The notes below the pieces were generated by a model. It saw nothing but the letters and a program-made list of their open reading frames with translations, ran no database searches and had not been told where the DNA came from. A stretch of DNA of 64,000 nucleotides from Bacteroidia bacterium (lineage in GTDB: Bacteria > Bacteroidota > Bacteroidia > AKYH767-A > 2013-40CM-41-45), in NCBI GenBank assembly GCA_038206355.1, contig JBBRAY010000007.1, positions 57,350 to 121,349 of the forward strand, read 5' to 3'. The position numbers and the translations under genes are program-made. Of the stretch, positions 62,021 to 64,000 are shown piece by piece. How positions within the stretch are numbered: position 1 is the stretch's first letter; every line of letters starts with the position of its first letter.

Positions 62021-62094
62021 AAAGGTTTTGCGTTTGAAGTTTGAGGTTGAAAAAACTTCAGACTTCAAACTTTTTAAAACTTCAAATTTCAAAC
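62021..62094. repeat. Inverted heptamer arrays (gtttgaa-type / cttcaaa-type)
   Basis: aaggttttgcgtttgaagtttgaggttg-aaaaaa-cttcagacttcaaactttttaaaacttcaaatttcaaac. Confidence 0.7.
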
Positions 62095-62103
62095 AAAAAG
62101 AAA

Positions 62104-64000
62104 ATGGCAACCAGAAAAGAAATAAAAATCAAATCCAACTTCACAAAGATTATTATCTCACTTGCTTCTCCTGAGCACATACTGGAGCAAAGCAGTGGTG
62201 AAGTATTAAAGCCTGAAACCATCAATTACCGGACGTATAAACCGGAGCGCGACGGATTATTCTGTGAGCGTATATTCGGACCGGTAAAGGATTGGGAATG
62301 TCATTGCGGAAAATACAAACGCATCCGCTACAAAGGAATTGTATGCGACCGTTGCGGTGTTGAAGTAACTGAGAAGAAAGTAAGAAGGGAACGCATGGGA
62401 CATATCCAGTTGACTGTTCCTGTTGCTCACATCTGGTATTTCCGTTCACTGCCAAATAAAATCGGATACCTGCTCGGACTTCCAACGAAGAAGCTTGACA
62501 TGATTATTTATTACGAGCGCTATGTCGTAATTAATGCCGGTGTGAAAGCAGCCGATGGTGTGAACTACCTTGACTTCTTAACTGAAGACGAGTACTTGCA
62601 GATTCTTGATACCTTACCAAAAGACAACCAGCATCTTGATGACATGGACCCGAATAAGTTCATCGCGCAGATGGGTGCTGAGGCATTGTATAATTTGCTC
62701 GCAAGACTGAAACTGGATGAACTTTCATTCTCTCTTCGTCACCAGGCAAATAATGAAACATCACAACAACGGAAGAATGAAGCATTGAAACGCCTTAGCG
62801 TTGTTGAAGCTTTCCGTTCTGCGAATCTGAATATTGAAAACCGTCCGGAGTGGATGATTGTAAAAGTAGTTCCTGTTATACCACCGGAATTGCGTCCTCT
62901 TGTACCTCTGGATGGCGGTCGTTTTGCTACCTCTGACCTCAATGATTTATACAGACGCGTGATCATCCGTAACAACCGTTTGAAACGTCTTTTGGAAATC
63001 AAAGCGCCTGATGTAATTCTCCGCAATGAAAAACGGATGTTGCAGGAAGCGGTGGATTCTCTTTTTGATAATTCAAGAAAAGTAAATGCAGTGAAAACTG
63101 AGAGCAACCGTGCGTTGAAATCTCTTTCTGATTCACTGAAAGGTAAGCAAGGTCGTTTCCGTCAGAACCTCCTCGGAAAACGTGTTGACTATTCTGCACG
63201 TTCCGTAATTGTCGTAGGTCCTGATATGAAATTGCATGAGTGCGGACTTCCTAAAGATATGGCTGCAGAGCTTTTCAAACCGTTTATCATCCGTAAGATG
63301 ATTGAGCGCGGAGTTGTAAAGACTGTAAAGAGTGCGAAGAAAATAGTTGACCGTAAAGATCCTATTGTATGGGATATCCTTGAAAATGTGTTGAAGGGAC
63401 ATCCTGTTCTCCTCAACCGTGCTCCGACCCTTCACAGGTTAGGTATTCAGGCCTTCCAGCCAAAGTTGGTAGAAGGAAAAGCTATTCAGTTGCACCCGTT
63501 GGTATGTACTGCATTCAACGCTGACTTTGACGGTGACCAGATGGCTGTGCACGTTCCACTTGGACATGCTGCGGTTCTTGAAGCTCAAATGCTGATGCTT
63601 GCATCACATAACATTCTGAATCCTGCAAATGGCGCTCCTATTACCGTTCCTTCTCAGGACATGGTACTCGGCCTTTATTATACCACCAAAGGAAGAAAGA
63701 CAGAAGGCAAGATGAAGGTGAAGGGCCAGGGCTCAACTTTTTATTCTCCTGAAGAAGTGATCATCGCATTTAACGAAGGAAGAGTTGACCTTCATGCATG
63801 GATTAAAGTAAGGATTGACAATGCTGTCGAGGGAGATAATCTGGTTGCTAAATTAATTGAGACAACAGTTGGTCGTGTTCTTTTCAATCAGGTAGTACCT
63901 AAGGAAAACGGATACATCAATGAGTTGCTTACCAAGAAGTCACTTCGTGATATCATTGGTGAGGTGCTGAAGAAATGCGGCACATCTAAGACGGCTAAGT
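62104..64000 (+). CDS. rpoC: RNA polymerase beta' subunit (partial; runs off window end)
   Basis: Manual translation MATRKEIK...LASPE...[25 protein letters not shown]; catalytic NADFDGD encoded near 63517. Confidence 0.98.
   Translation, partial: MATRKEIKIKSNFTKIIISLASPEHILEQSSGEVLKPETINYRTYKPERDGLFCERIFGPVKDWECHCGKYKRIRYKGIVCDRCGVEVTEKKVRRERMGHIQLTVPVAHIWYFRSLPNKIGYLLGLPTKKLDMIIYYERYVVINAGVKAADGVNYLDFLTEDEYLQILDTLPKDNQHLDDMDPNKFIAQMGAEALYNLLARLKLDELSFSLRHQANNETSQQRKNEALKRLSVVEAFRSANLNIENRPEWMIVKVVPVIPPELRPLVPLDGGRFATSDLNDLYRRVIIRNNRLKRLLEIKAPDVILRNEKRMLQEAVDSLFDNSRKVNAVKTESNRALKSLSDSLKGKQGRFRQNLLGKRVDYSARSVIVVGPDMKLHECGLPKDMAAELFKPFIIRKMIERGVVKTVKSAKKIVDRKDPIVWDILENVLKGHPVLLNRAPTLHRLGIQAFQPKLVEGKAIQLHPLVCTAFNADFDGDQMAVHVPLGHAAVLEAQMLMLASHNILNPANGAPITVPSQDMVLGLYYTTKGRKTEGKMKVKGQGSTFYSPEEVIIAFNEGRVDLHAWIKVRIDNAVEGDNLVAKLIETTVGRVLFNQVVPKENGYINELLTKKSLRDIIGEVLKKCGTSKTAK

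Noticed and set aside
57706-63435. Long antisense or alternate-frame ORFs over rplL, rpoB and rpoC (likewise over ftsH, gap, gcvP and the PKD gene)
   Set aside because: Shadow ORFs of conserved genes with no independent coding signal.

Overview
Chromosomal window from a Bacteroidota (Bacteroidia/Sphingobacteriia-like) genome, judged from gene content, gene order and TAnnTTTG promoters. Mostly housekeeping: pdhC/pdhA, cdd, mutY, birA, rsfS, ftsH, murA, grpE-dnaJ, murF, wza-wzc, gcvP, lipA, gap, and the tRNA(Thr-Tyr-Gly-Thr)-tuf-tRNA(Trp)-secE-nusG-rplKAJL-rpoBC cluster. No integrase, transposase, phage or CRISPR locus is visible. The most striking feature is in the tRNA cluster: partial duplicates of tRNA-Thr(GGT) and tRNA-Trp flank the intact genes, and in each one a perfect 18-bp palindrome (TCCCGATAGCTATCGGGA, 4 copies) replaces exactly 3 nt of a T- or D-loop, with a second mini-hairpin (TCCGC-N4-GCGGA) at or next to the anticodon arm. 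Other points of interest: a five-gene lipoprotein / repeat protein / VTC-domain / DUF4956 / outer-membrane barrel operon; a ~180-nt G-U-rich hairpin after murA (candidate ncRNA); a 19-PKD giant protein operon with no recognisable T9SS C-terminal domain, divergent from a regulator-like gene across a TTACA-rich spacer; several dispersed short-repeat families; a GxxExxY remnant; and a frameshifted T9SS cargo gene. All family calls come from recognising motifs by eye, with no database search.
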